A stretch of 63,886 nt of DNA, filler included, from Reticulomyxa filosa (lineage: Eukaryota; Protista; Foraminifera), in assembly GCA_000512085.1 (NCBI GenBank). It is 20 parts of 20 records of this genome, joined end to end, with 100 filler letters (N's around TTAATTAATTAA, not from the genome) between each part and the next. Parts side by side here need not be neighbours in the genome. Positions count along the whole stretch, not along the records: positions 10,304 to 17,304 come from ASPP01005776.1; positions 17,405 to 23,818 come from ASPP01034727.1; 18 more parts are not named here. One strand, 5' to 3'. Within the stretch, counting starts at the first letter, position 1. Each line of letters starts with the position of its first letter. Shown in pieces: positions 10,430 to 23,918 of this stretch. The notes beneath the pieces are model-generated. The model was given only the letters and a program-made list of their open reading frames with translations. It did no database searches and was not told where the DNA came from. The position numbers and the translations under genes were made by a program.

Positions 10430-13421
10430 GGAAGTGAACAGCTATCAAACAAGCACATCAAACACACTTCTTTTTTTTTTCTTATTGCAGTTTGGTAGGT
10501 ATGCACTTTAACAAGTCTTCTTTTTGAACGCTTTGTCAAAACTGAGAAGTTTCTCTATTTAATGAGAGTTGGTATGGTAGGCAAACGTTACATTTGCTGC
10601 ATGATTGAGACGCATTGTTGTTGATGTACTCACATTTCGAACATTTCCAATCGTCTGTCCAAGATTTTATTTTGCTTTTTTACAACAACCTCTCTTTTGT
10701 TTTTGTTTGTTTTGTTGGTAATTGCCTGCTTTGGAATCCTCCTTTGGCAAATTATCTACAGATTGAGTTTCCATTTGCATTCACCAAGGACAAAATGCCT
10801 CAATTTTTTCAATATACTAGCTTTTTTAAATTTGAACAAAAACCTTGTTCGGGCTTTTTCTAAAAAGAGGACAAAAAGTACCGCATCATGTTGCAGTCAT
10901 GACATAAATGTAAAACATGCATGCAAGTATTTTTTATCATTATCAAATTTTATTTTGAGCAACTGTCCGTGATGGAGTCGGAAAATACAGCATCATCAAA
11001 TGTCTTACACAATTTTTTGTGTCAAACTGGATGATGCAGGCTCGAAGAAAATAAGAGTGAGAGTATTTTTTTTTTTGCGACAAAAGCATAGGTCAAGAAT
11101 TTAAGATTAAAAAAGGATAAGTTAACAAATTATAATTCAGCAATGAGTATTACCACGCGAATAGGGAAATGATGTAATGTGATTGAGGTGTGGAAATGTT
11201 CAGGTATTCTAACATTGACATAAAACAAAATTTGTTTTGTTGGGTAAAAACTATGCTGTTTGGCGTTTAGAGAAGTAGGTTTAAAAGAATAAACCCTATC
11301 ATTTCTTTTTTAAAGTAAGCGTTGGTAATCAGGTCATTGCTTAGCTTATGAATGTAAAAGTATAAGTTTACTTTGTAACATAGTGATCATATTATATGCA
11401 TTTGTTCACCTTTTCAAAAAAAATTTTCAATTTGACGTGTTTTTATAATATCTCCTTTTCCATTTTACCCTAATTGCAGAGATAAACATCAATGTATATT
11501 GCATTAGACTTGGGCGCTAAAACTGTAGATATTGTGCCACAAAGTTGTTCTCCTTTTGTAGTGCAATAGTAGACGGTTACGTACAAGGGGTAATTATATA
11601 AACAAACAGTTTGAGCATTCGCTGCAGTAAATCTTTAATGGGCTCCTTCAAGAGTTTAAAACAATTAATCATTAACAGTAAGCCAAATTTCATGATATAT
11701 TTAAAAGCTACTAACATTTGCAACAAATTTTCCACAGAATTGCAAGTAGTCAAGACACTATCAACAAAAGTTTTAAAAATGCATAATAATGATCAGTTTC
11801 AGATTAATAAAAAAAGCTAAAATCAACAAAGTTTCAAAAAAACAAGCAAATAACTATTCACTTTACAACAATTAACAGCAAGTTAAAAAAAATTTTCATA
11901 ATCATGAGTACATTAAAATTTTTGTTTTTCATTTTTATTTAATATTTTTTTAAAAAATGAAACGAATAAATAAAAAATAAACTTTGTTTATTTTTATTTT
12001 TAATTATTCGTTTTATTTTTGCATGTTTTTTTAAGTTAATTAATAACTTTATTATTTAATTTGATACAATATATTTGATATTTTCGTTGATACTATTTTC
12101 ACTTGCTTTGATTTCTCTGTTAATGCTTTATCAATTAATTGATACTAATCAAGTGATACGTTACTACATTTTGCGGACGTTTATTGAAATTAGATTACAT
12201 TGCATTGTTGAATGTGAACGTAATATGCATACATTTTAACATCACATTTTGCTCAAATATATCGTTATTTACTAACTTTTTGTCAGATATGACTAGCATA
12301 CATAATCATATAGCACTTGCACAAACGATCAAATACTTGTTAGTTTTGTTATTTCTGTCTATTTATAGTGTCTTTAAAAAAAGGCAACATTATATTATTC
12401 AAGTTTGTTTAATGAAATATAAATATAATTTATATAAAAACACGTATTCTTAATTATGTGACACATTGAATGAATTGTATGTATTGGTGGCTAATCTTGT
12501 TCAACAACGAAGTGTATAATCTAGTTATATTTCAAGTTTTATATTGATATTCTTTATTAATTACTCTTTTATCGGTTTGTAATATCGATTATATGTCATG
12601 CAACAATTAGATCGTTATCACAGTAAAAACTTTTTCGAAGTTATTATTTTTACAAGCACAATGCATATAATTTAGACTTATGTTATCTTAGTGTTAATGT
12701 TTCTATTGTCAAAGATGTTTTCTTTAATGATGGCCAAAATTATTATCAATATCGTTAGTGATATCATAGCTTTGATTATTTCTAACAAACTTCATATCGA
12801 TTTGTCCAATGTCAGCACGTTGATCAAATTCGCCACCTCATGAGCACTACACTGTCCATCTTGCTTCTGTTTGTGTTCGTGAATCACATTGATCTTTTTC
12901 CGTACATTTAGTTACATTTAATTCTTTCTCATTTGTCAAATAAAGCATCTATTTTTACGTCTTTTGGTTTGCCTTTTGTCTGATTTTTGTTGCGCCGTTC
13001 GATTACTTTGAAGAATTTTTGTTTAAATATTTTTAAAAAAAGAATTTTAGCGGTAAAACATTAATATAAGCAATGCTTGCACAAATATCTTTGTTACTTT
13101 AACACACAGTTCAAGTCAAAATCACATTCTTACGTTTACTTGTAGCAATTGCTCAAAGTAGACTACTTGCATGTTGTCATTATCCATTCTATTAACGCAA
13201 GCACGTAATAACTGCGCTTTTTTGTACAAAGAAGAGAAATATCGAATTTATAATTTGTTCTTTGCAACAAGCGCTGTGCATTTCATTGCAAGTTTGTAAA
13301 TGCTATTGTGCCCGACAAATTTGGTTTAATATCGTGCCGCTTCTGATGAAAAAAAGCATTGAAGAAACTCAAAGCAATCAAGAAAATACAAATGATCAAG
13401 GAACAAACAAAAATATTATTT

Positions 13422-14647
13422 TTAATTACTTTGTGCCTTCAAAATAGAGCTATATTCCTGGTGCTGAGAAAGTAAGTCATAGCTACTTTTAGATTTACCA
13501 AACAATTCATTTTCATACTCTAACAGTTGTCGAAAAAACCCGGAGTTGGGTGAGATGATTGGCCGGCACTGTTTGACATGCCCAATCGCTTCAAACAAAG
13601 ACATTTGTTTTGTCTTCATCAAGTAGCCAATGACAGTGGTGCTAGAACGTGAAACTCCAGCCATACAGTGTACCAATACTCTTCCATTTTTTTGTTTAAT
13701 CGCTCCATCTGCCAAAAGAGAACAAAAATAAAACAAGCATAAAAATAGAAATTTTAATATACAGTATACGTATTTTTTTTTTTTTTGTAAAAAAAAATTT
13801 TTTTTTTAACCTAATGAAATCAAACACATGAGTAAAATATTGCTTAATATCAGCACTTTCAAGATCACCAATAGCAATACTACAATATTCGATTTTGTTT
13901 GTCTTCAGATATTCCATGGTGGTTTCATCGAGGTTCTTACCCTTTAATTTTTTGGAAAAAAACTCGGTGATATCTTCGAAGCAGTTATTGACGCCACTGA
14001 ATGCGACATTGACGACATGGGTTAGTTGTAAATCTCGGAAAATGTACGGCGAGCTGCTGCTTTCGTGGTCTCCCAAATACAATCGATCTGGAAGAATAAC
14101 ATTTGGGTAATGTGGGGCCAAACGTAATTTGTCAAATTGGTACAGTGGGGTGGTTCGTTTCGCTTTTGTTAAAAAAGGGTACGTAGCTTCAAAGGTTTCA
14201 AAACTTCTTAAGACTTTTATCACCACCTTTTTTGACGTGTCTCTCTCAATACAGTTTATCAAAAATTTCACTTGTGCCGCTTGTTCTGTACTATCTTTCT
14301 CATTCTCTTTGTCTTTGTTGCTTTCAACGACAATCCAAACGGTGTCGTCATTCCAATCTACTCGCCACCAAAAACGCGCTTGCTGAGTTTCGTCGCATGG
14401 TAGATCACGCAAACTGATAGCCTCATTTGCTTTTTTGTCCATGTACTCTTTTGCCAAGTTTACGTAAAATGAATCAAATATATGGTTTCGATTCATAACT
14501 AGATCTTTTGCGAATGTCGAGTACTATCGCGCTGAACTGAATTGCGTTGAACAGCTCGTGGCACTCTAACAAATTCTCTTTAGATGTGCTTACATCTTTC
14601 TTCGGTGTTGTGTCGGTTGATTCCACTTTTGAGTCGGATTCAGACAT
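13422..14647 (-). CDS. MAPK-phosphatase-like dual-specificity phosphatase (rhodanese + DSP domains); one intron ~13709-13810 and one homopolymer shift ~14487
   Basis: Catalytic VLVHCMAGVSRS, RPIISPNSGF and YPNVILPDRLYLGD. Rhodanese-like IVLDIR..SYE.NHI at the N-terminus. The exact splice phase was not resolved. Confidence 0.9.
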
Positions 14648-16619
14648 CTTTGGTGGAGAAAAAAAAAATTTATGATTCACGAAGCTTTCTAAAAAAACTG
14701 TTGAAAAAGATTATGTTGTCACTGCTTTGAAAAGTTTTTTCTTCGACATCTTTGAAGAGTGATATTTTAGATTCAAGCCTCCTACATTGACAGCGGTACT
14801 TGTCAGAAGAGAAGCGAATCAACATCAAGACTCAAATACACAATTACAATATCTTAACCCAAAATCGACTCGATAAAGAAAAGAAAATCAGCATGTCACA
14901 ATAACTCTACCTCTTCGACCGTGTTACATTGAGAACGAAATAAAACCTCCGAATGATTGTGGTGAGTTTATTTATCATTTTTTTTAAAACATTTTTCATA
15001 ATAAAGAAAATAGCTTAGACACGGAATTGTGAATTAAAAACAGCTTGAATCATTTGCTCATTGGTTATCATTGTGAACCGTAGATTTTTGGCAAACAGAC
15101 AATCATCACAACACAAAATTCTATACAAAAACAAAGAGTTTCAGAAATCTAAAATATTGTCGTTTGAAATGCGATCAAAGTTCGCGTTTGTATATGTCAT
15201 GTACAACAAAAAAAATCTACAAGTATTAGCTTATAACTAGTATAATATACGATCTACAGCAAAAAAAGATCCCCCTGAAATGAATCTATACACTTTTATT
15301 AAAAACAATTCATTTTGGATTCTCCAGTGTGGATATTATTTAAAAAATTTTGAAGAAATGTAGATTTTTCATGAGTAAACTTACAAATGTTTACAAGTGT
15401 TTATTTTATGGTGATCTTTTGCAGTTGATTCGATCATTTTAACGTAGCAATTTTATCTCAGTGTCAGTGATCAAAACGGTACATCACTACTGTTTCATGC
15501 ATTCGACATTTGCACATTCTATTCACAGATACCATTGATACAACATTTTTTTATCAATTACGATTTTCGGCTATAAGTTCATACAGGTTTTCTGATAGTG
15601 TAATATTTTCACTTGTTCATATTATACTATGTGTATTTTCTTTTTGATCTATAAACAAATAATGCCTCCAATGATATAATTGATAACTTTGATTTAATTT
15701 TGTTTTTGATAGTTTTTTAAAGACAATTTGTCTTTTGTTCTTGTTTTAAATTTTTTTGTGTGGCACGGAACAAAATCGCGAATCTAACGCCTTTTTTTTT
15801 AGACTTTTCCATTTTGATTTTTAGTGTACTTTATTTTAAGAAAAATGCATATTATAAAAAATTTTAATTTAGTATAACCACATTGTGATTCAAGCAAATT
15901 TTATTGTTAATTGGCAAATATGTAAATCACGAATGCCTTCGTTAGCAATTTTTTGATAAAAATAGTTTGCAGATTGTCTCTGTACAACGATTTCCAATTT
16001 GGAAATTTTTTGTTTTCAAGTAATGTAAATATGAAAAAAACTCATTCAAGACTGTTTCAACAAGAACACAAACCCCCTCAGTACAAACGTCACCAAAATA
16101 AAATAAAAAACAATGTATTCAAAAATGCCACTCCATGTATTTTTTCCCTTAAAAAACAGTCTCAGTCTCGGAGAAACCCACTTCCAAAAGTTACAACCCC
16201 AAAAAAAGTGAATAAATAAAGAGGGAAACAAGTCGACGTTGTCATTTCGCAAGTTATTTACACATTATTAATGTGGCATTTTCCTGCATACAAGTGCCTT
16301 TCTCCCAAAAAAATTTCTCCAAATCTCTTATTGTCTCTGTCGTGCTTCGTTTTCTAACCGTTTTGGTTGACCACTTTAAAATCACCCAACAAAAACGCAT
16401 CCATTTGCTTAGTATTCACACTCACACAAAAGATCGGACATATTTGGTGTTTTTAAGTCTTAACTTGGCCGAGCGATTGAAACAATTGATATTGATTTTG
16501 GAGTAATCTAACGCCGACACCTGTGTGAAACCATTACACAAAAAAACCCCGAGAGTGTGCTGATTTTTTTTTGCTGAGTATGCAACAGCCAGAACGCTGT
16601 TTTTGCCATGTTGTTGCTG

Positions 16620-17181
16620 TTGTTGTTTTTCCCTCACATAAAAAAGGTAAAACAACAAACTTGGCAATAATGTTTGCTTGCGTATTTTTTCTTATTGCTT
16701 TATGTTTGCATTGTTGACCATCCCTTTTGACAATCTCATCAATTGACTGAATCAATGGAAACAAATCATCAATAGTATATTGAGTCTCTGTTTCTAAAAA
16801 TTTGGGCTGTATTGTTGTGAATGTGCGTGTGTGTGATATGATCAAAGCAATATGAACAAAAAACAAACAAAAATGAAACAAAAAAACGTTACCCAAGTAC
16901 TGTAGGAATTGGTGCAGAGCAACGCATAAGCCAAGCATGCAGCTGCAACTTTGCTTGGTAAATTGCGACATAATTGATAACTCATCAGACAATGTTCCAA
17001 TAAATAGTAGACCATGCAGTACACAACCCTCTTATATTTCAAGGCCAGGCCCTCATGTGTGCCCATTTTTAAAAAGCGTTCGGCAAATGCCAATGGTGTT
17101 GGAACCGTAAATTGAAACTTCAGACGGCCAACAATTTCAGATTCTTGAGTGATCATATCCTTTTCCGTAAAGGCATTATCA
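16620..17181 (-). CDS. A/B-type cyclin, C-terminal portion (5' truncated; 3' end approximate)
   Basis: SDNAFTEKDMITQESEIVGRLKFQFTVPTPLAFAERF, YLLEHCL, PSKVAAACL, and AIRKKYAS after a one-base A-run correction. Intron ~16795-16890. Confidence 0.85.
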
Positions 17182-17861
17182 CTTTTTATTTATTTATTTA
17201 TTTTGTTTTGTTTTGTTTTTTTGTTTCGTGTTTTCCCAAACCCACAAAAAAAAAAAAAAAAAAAAAATATATGTATATATAAATACAAAATAATAAAATA
17301 ATATNNNNNNNNNNNNNNNNNNNNNNNNNNNNNNNNNNNNNNNNNNNNTTAATTAATTAANNNNNNNNNNNNNNNNNNNNNNNNNNNNNNNNNNNNNNNN
17401 NNNNTCCATATCGTGTTATGTGGCTCATGACGGATTGAAAGTAGTGAGCTGGTTGTTATCATGAATGTGCAACCTATATTCCAAGTTATAATGTTTTTTT
17501 TGTAATGTGATTGAAATATTTATGACAATACGCACGTATATAACATAGGTCTCCAAAGTGTACAATATCTGTATCAAAAAATTGGAAAGTCTCTGTGGTG
17601 GTTGTGGTGTCAAGCAAGGGTGAAGCGAAGTGCAAACAACACCAAGTTTGTTGCTATTTGACCGCAAGTATTTAATACTTGTCTTATTTGTTTGATTGGG
17701 AAAAAATTGTCTTTTTTGTGTGTGAATTGCACTTTCTTTTGGATTTTTCTTTTAGTGATGATTTTAATGTTCCATCTCCAGCTCATCTGAAATTTTTTTC
17801 AAATTATACTCATCTCAAAAAATGTCTGAACTTTAATATTTTAATCTAAAAAAAAAGCGCG

Positions 17862-17960
17862 TTAGACTGTGCGAAATAGGAATTGATTCTTGTTACTATT
17901 GGCAAAAAAGATTTCGAGTATAATGTAGGAATAAATGAAAACAAGAATACGTATATAACA
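17862..17960 (+). repeat. Local direct repeat, copy 1 (copy 2 at ~20691-20802)
   Basis: agactgtgcgaaat(t)aggaattg.ttcttg..actatt...ggcaaaaaaga is present in both copies. Confidence 0.65.
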
Positions 17961-18137
17961 ATAGTGTTCGTTATTTTTGCCTTTTTTTTTTAAAAAAAAA
18001 GTTATAATCGAACAATCTCTAAAACAGTATTTCCCTGTTTCTTTGGAAAAAATGAGACCGTTCCGAAATTTTCTAAATATCTGTTCTCTCTTTCATATGC
18101 GGTGACAGCGTTTTTGTCGTAATGCTTCCCTCGAAAA

Positions 18138-19335
18138 TCAAATGGAATTTACTGTGCTTGTTGTTGATTTTATTCTTTTCATCCCCGAAATATCTTCACA
18201 ATTTGCTGTTGGGGCAGTGTCTCGTTCATCAACAACTTTCCACTGTACATTAGTACATCTTCGATCAAAAAGTCGTGTCCATGAAGGGACTCTTCCAATA
18301 TTGTTGCATTTTTTTAAAGTTTCAAAAAACTTGTGGCGGGAACCCTTGTTCGATGACACATCAGAACCCACGATATTGATATCCGTTGTATGAACTATCA
18401 TCGACCTGGCAGTGTCCAAAAAAATTGGGGTGATGTTGTGATGTATAATTTTGAAAAACTGAAGTGACGATAAAGCGTTGATGTGATGACAATTCGCTGT
18501 TTTCGCAACATACAATAAATGACTCCTTTTCAACAACAACCATCCAATACTGGAGATTGTCCATCATGTCGCATGTGTAAAACGTCTCATGGTGATTCAA
18601 ATAGTTCAATTTCTCCTTATCTATCGTTATCTCACGGGCCATTCGCAAGTATTCCTGGACACATTTCAGATGATGTTTGCTCTGGCTCATTCTCACTGAA
18701 GCTCTCTTTGTCGCCGTCGTCTTTACTTTTGGAGGAAGGGATCAAAGAGGAGATACACTCTTCCAATAAGCTTTTGAAAAATGCTTCTTCTTCTTCTGGG
18801 GTTGGAAAACTTAAAAAATTGTATGGACGACTGGATCTTATTTCTGACATTTTTCAAAGAAAAAGAAAAGGGGGTTTTTGTGTTGTCCATATCAATATCC
18901 ACATGACTTGACCAAAAGATATTCAGAGGCTCATAGCATTGATATTTGAAGATCATGTGCACCTGTTTAGCCATTATAATTCCAACGTAGCGGTTGCATT
19001 CTGTCCCAATGGCAAGTAAATAGTAATTTTAAATTTATTTTTATTTTTGGAGTCAAATAACACGTCATATTCAGAGACATTTGGAGTCTGATTTTCAACA
19101 TTAGAGCCAAGTTCTTCGGTTAGAGACTAGCTGTTATTTATTGGGACTGCCTTACCTCCAATGGTTCTATCCTTTTGTTTGGAGTACGACGGAAATTGTA
19201 TGTCACTCTCGTCGTTTTCCATTTTTTTTTGAAGGAATAGCCGGAGACGTCACTCTCAGTTTCGAGTGTCCAAATCATTTCTTTCTTTCCAGAATTGTAC
19301 GATCTATATTCGCCCCAATAGTTCAACCCATCCAT
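18138..19335 (-). pseudogene. Disrupted coding region of unknown product
   Basis: A chain of protein-like minus-strand ORF pieces (19138-19335, 18723-18974, 18632-18850, 18361-18696, 18138-18539) separated by stops and frameshifts. Confidence 0.4.
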
Positions 19336-19873
19336 TCAAATACAAGCAAAGAATTTTTTTTTAAAAGAAAAAAGTTTGAAGCTCTTTCTTTTTTTTTTTT
19401 TTTAAACAAATTTGTCTATTTAGAATGAGTAAAGTCAGAACTTCGTTGAAATTGGACATGCTCTCTTTTTTCCAATTTGCTTTAAAATCATTTCGATAAT
19501 AATTTTTTGGAACAACGGAAACCGATCCACAATCACATATGTGTCAGAGTGCAAGCTGTGTCAACACGCCAGCAATCAAAACTTCCTTTTTTTTTTTTAT
19601 TTATTTTTTTTTAAAAAAAGCAAGAGTGTACACACGTACATATATATAAATACAAATATATTTATATTTATGTTTATGTTTATGTATGTATTTATACGCA
19701 CAATGATCTTTTTTAGCCAGCAAAATACTGGACAAGATTGAGATTGTGAAGAATATTAACAGGCTCCATTGTTTTATCTTTGAAATAGAGCCGTCACTCA
19801 TTGTCAAACCATTGTTATTTCGTGCATTTTTTATGTTTGCATTTGCTCGCTGTAACTTATCTCTTGCACTTGC

Positions 19874-20105
19874 TCATCTTTTCTTTGCGTCCGCTTCTTC
19901 TCTCGACTCCACATAAGTCTTGTGTTGAGAGACCATGAATTCTTGATGTACCTTTGGGTCACTTGCTGCCAAGTCATTCAAAAATTGCCATAAGTCCGTG
20001 TAATGCTCTCTTAGTTTTGCTGTCAAAAAAGATTGGGTAAGACAGTCACTGCATACTTTCTGATGATGATAAGTCTGTTTTCTTAATGTTCAATAGATTT
20101 TCCAT
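19874..20105 (-). CDS. Small spliced ORF (64 aa) with a PIH1D2-like N-terminal helix
   Basis: ATG at 20105. Removing a 37-nt GT-AG intron (20020-20056) restores the frame: MENLLNIKKTDLSSSETKLREHYTDLWQFLNDLAASDPKVHQEFMVSQHKTYVESREEADAKKR*. Confidence 0.5.
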
Positions 20106-20966
20106 GGCGATATTTGTTTTTTTCGAAAATGACGATGAGTTTTTTCTTTGTCACTGTTTTTAAAGACGGATTGACCAAGAAAAGATACACCAAAAAGAAA
20201 ATGTAGCACAATGCCAAATAAAACTCTTCAAAGAGATTAATTCCTAATATACAGAAGCACACAAAATATTTCGGAAAAAACTAGACGTTGAAAATAATAT
20301 AACAAAATAAAAGACGGAGTATTGATATATTTCGAAAAAATATCGCACTTTTGTGTTTAAAATTACAGACGTAAACTGGTAAATATGTACTACTGAAGCA
20401 ATCTGAACACAGCAGAGGGGACAAGAAGAAAAAAAAAAATGATATTGATAATCATCAAAATGGAAATCCAGCAAAGAGACACCTATCTGTAAATAAAACA
20501 ACAAATGTGTTCCGTATTAGTATTGAACACCTTGTGATTATGGCTCTCCCCTCCCTCTTTTCAAGAGGAGAAGGATGAAACTGGAACTAATTGCAGTTGA
20601 TAATATGCGATAGACTAATTTTGATATCTTCTATTGTTTAGATTTGATGCCAAGAAAAAAAAAAATAAGTGCTCAAAAGAGCCACGCATAAGACTGTGCG
20701 AAATTAGGAATTGGTTCTTGCCACTATTCCTGGCAAAAAAGACATCAAGTAGTATCTTCTTGCCGCCATGTATGGATAGATAACAAGAAGAATACATATA
20801 ACAGAAAGGAGTGTATGTAATAAAAAGGTATTTAAACAAGATATCAGAACATTGTATTAAGGAAAAAAAGAATCAAAAGCATGCTGAAAGAATGATATTA
20901 ACATGTATCATGATCAGATCATATTCAAATGTAGACATCAAAACTATGTTTCAATTACAGTATTTT

Positions 20967-22760
20967 TCAATTTGTAAATCCCAATGTTTGGAAACTTTTT
21001 TTCGACAATAAAGTCCTAATCCCAAGTACTTGGATTGCAAATGTTTTTATGTCACAATTTTGATGGGAGCAACTCATCGACTTTTTTTCATGTCTCTTAA
21101 AGGTTTTAATGCATACACTGCGCTGATGATTGGCATATTTCACCAATCGATTTCCCAAAGTATTGAAAACTGATTTCTTTTCTTCTTGTCTGATTAAGCA
21201 ACTCGTTGCTGTAATCTTTTCATAAGCATGTTGTAAGAGATGTTGCAAATAATTTGCAATACCAGTTATAACTGACCGGTCATCATGAAATGATTGTTTT
21301 TTATGTGGCGATATTTGGATTCATTCTATCGACATATATGTTTCAATGAATAGTTTGGATATTCTATCAATGACAAGTCGTCCCTTGTAGGGAAACGTAC
21401 TCAGATACTTGTATTGTAGATCAGTGGCACCGTGTCCTCTGAAGGCGCTTTATTTTTGCATGTAATTGTTTATTTCTTTTTTTGTTGTGTAAAATGGCTG
21501 CACTCGAATTCTGAATTTACAGTTACAAGAGAAAATTTTGGAGATTTTATTGAGTTAAGTGCACTAAACACGCTAAAATGTTGTCGACTCTGGCACTTCT
21601 TTATATTTTCTTGCTTCTGTTTATCATGAATTTCGGCATCCAACACCTCTATTTCCAATTGTTGCAGTTGTCTCTTGAAATATTATTTGCCATTGATTTT
21701 TCTGTCATAGATCTCCCCAAATTTGGAATGCTTAAAGCTGAGACTTTGTCTTTAAGCAAAACACGATCACTCAATTTGAACAATACTTCTTCATTGTACT
21801 TGCTGTTCTCCAATAGTTTGACAATTGTCTCGCTTGTAACAAACAAGCCATGACCTTCTGTCGAATTCGTCCAATTTAATGCCAAACCTGTCGTCTTCCC
21901 CAAAATAGACTTTCCCAATGTATTTGATCACACCTGCAAAAAGTCAACAGATTGTTTTTTTTAAGCTATCAAAAATCGATATGCAATTCAACAAATTAAA
22001 AAGTGGAAAGAAAGGGATACAATAACATAGGTATGTATATATGTACATTATATACATAAGTATACATAACGTGTATGTATGTATATTAAAAAAAAAACAC
22101 CTTTTGTATTGTTAGTTAATTTAACTCGATCACTGACGACATAGTCACGAATTATTGAATAATATGGGCCATTATGGTCTTGCATTTGCCAGATCATCGA
22201 CGACTGTTCACGTCATTATTGTCTACAAGTGTGTCATCGTCAAAGTCGGCGAGTCGATGATTGTGAGTGGTGGAATAGCTTTTTGCAATTTGGTCCAATG
22301 CAATTTTATTTACAATTTCATTTGAAAAGATATGCAAAGGGGACAGTTCATGGTGCCTTTTTGTCACAATATCGTTTTCATTCTGTTCGTTCAGCTGTGC
22401 AAAATTCTCAGAATCTGTTATCATTGTCATCAATTTTTCTGTCAGTTTCGAGATACCTCTCTTTTGGAGTATGCTGCGATCTTGACGCACACTCAGCCGT
22501 CGCTGTAGCGTTTCCGCCACTGGTTGCAATTGTGGTGTCATGTCTTTCTTTTCGAGGATCCCTTTTTTCGTTAAATCTGTTATGGAGGATCTTGACTTTA
22601 AAAACAATTACAAACTTTTGTCGACGGATGGGAGAGTCTTTTTTTTTCTGAAGCTCTGGTCTCTTATCAAAAAGACACAATTAAAAAAAAGGATGTGTTT
22701 TTGGTAGGTTATTGTATACGTTATTTCTCCTCTTAGTGACCGCTTTTTTCATCGTCCACA
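20967..22760 (-). pseudogene. Disrupted gene with RPEL-like repeats and CAP-Gly domain(s)
   Basis: FLKSRSSITDLTKKGIL and LQRRLSVRQDRSILQKRGI are RPEL-like. VSDRVKLTNNTKG|VIKYIGKVYFGEDDRFGIKLDE../..GHGLFVTSETIVKLL is CAP-Gly-like and crosses an intron (~21934-22101). Several frameshifts are present. Confidence 0.6.
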
Positions 22761-23918
22761 CAAAAAAAATTGTCAATCCGATCCCCATACCCCTGGAATG
22801 TTTAGAAATTATAATTTGTCTAAATGGCTTCATTGCAATGGTAATGTCGCTTTTTTTTTTGGATGATGCTGAAGATGTACATACCAAATATCATCTGGTT
22901 GATAGTATGTATATCTACATGTGGTTTTTTCTCTGTTTTCTCGTTTTTGGTATCAGACATTTTTTCCATGATGATAATTCCAAAAAAGGGAACTTTTCAA
23001 TTTCACCTCAAATTGAATCATTGCTAATTTTATTATGCTCTGTTTTTCAGGATCCTTTTCTATAAGATAACAAGTGTTCTGGATAATCAATGTATTAAAA
23101 TGTTAGATTTCAAATGCCTTGAGATGAGGTTGGCCACAATAAAGTGATAAAAAAATACATAAAAATACGCTGCTAAACAGATTGAATGAAACAACAAAAA
23201 AATTGATGTCCTCTCTTGACTGCGAAGATAGATGTACAACATCAACCTGAATGTTGCCAATGTAAGGAGAGATCACAATAGGCAAGCGTATTTGTTTTGG
23301 CTGTGATGACAGCATCTTTTTTTCAAATCGTGTTATTTAAACTGATTGTACTCTTTCTTTTTCGGCAGCTGTTGCATTTTGCAGAGGAGAGCATTGGTAA
23401 AGGAACTCTCAAGAGCGAGTTTCATGTTGTAGAAATTTGCTTTGTTAGATTGTTTGAAGAGAAGAGCCGAAACCACGTTTGTAATGGCCAAGAGAGTTTT
23501 TTCTAAAAAAGGGAAAAGTTTTTCTCTTCAATAGAAAAATTATTGCCAATGAAAAATAATGAATCATTCCAAAAAACAATTTTAATTTTCAATTTTCTGA
23601 ATTAATTCGTTTTTTGGAATTACAATTGTAGAAATACAATACAAAAATTTTAACAATTCTTTTTTTCAAATTTTTTTGTCAAAAATGTGAAAATATTCCA
23701 AAAATTGCAAATTTACATATTTTTTAATAAACATTTATGAGTTGTCAACTTATGTTTAACGAAAAAAAAGGTCTTTTTTTTTTGGTTGTGTCTCTCGTCG
23801 TACCAGCTCGTCATTAGGNNNNNNNNNNNNNNNNNNNNNNNNNNNNNNNNNNNNNNNNNNNNTTAATTAATTAANNNNNNNNNNNNNNNNNNNNNNNNNN
23901 NNNNNNNNNNNNNNNNNN

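Noticed and set aside
10600-13400. Long AT-rich tract as an ncRNA or hidden gene
   Set aside because: No tRNA/rRNA-like structure, repeat periodicity or sustained reading frame could be recognised.
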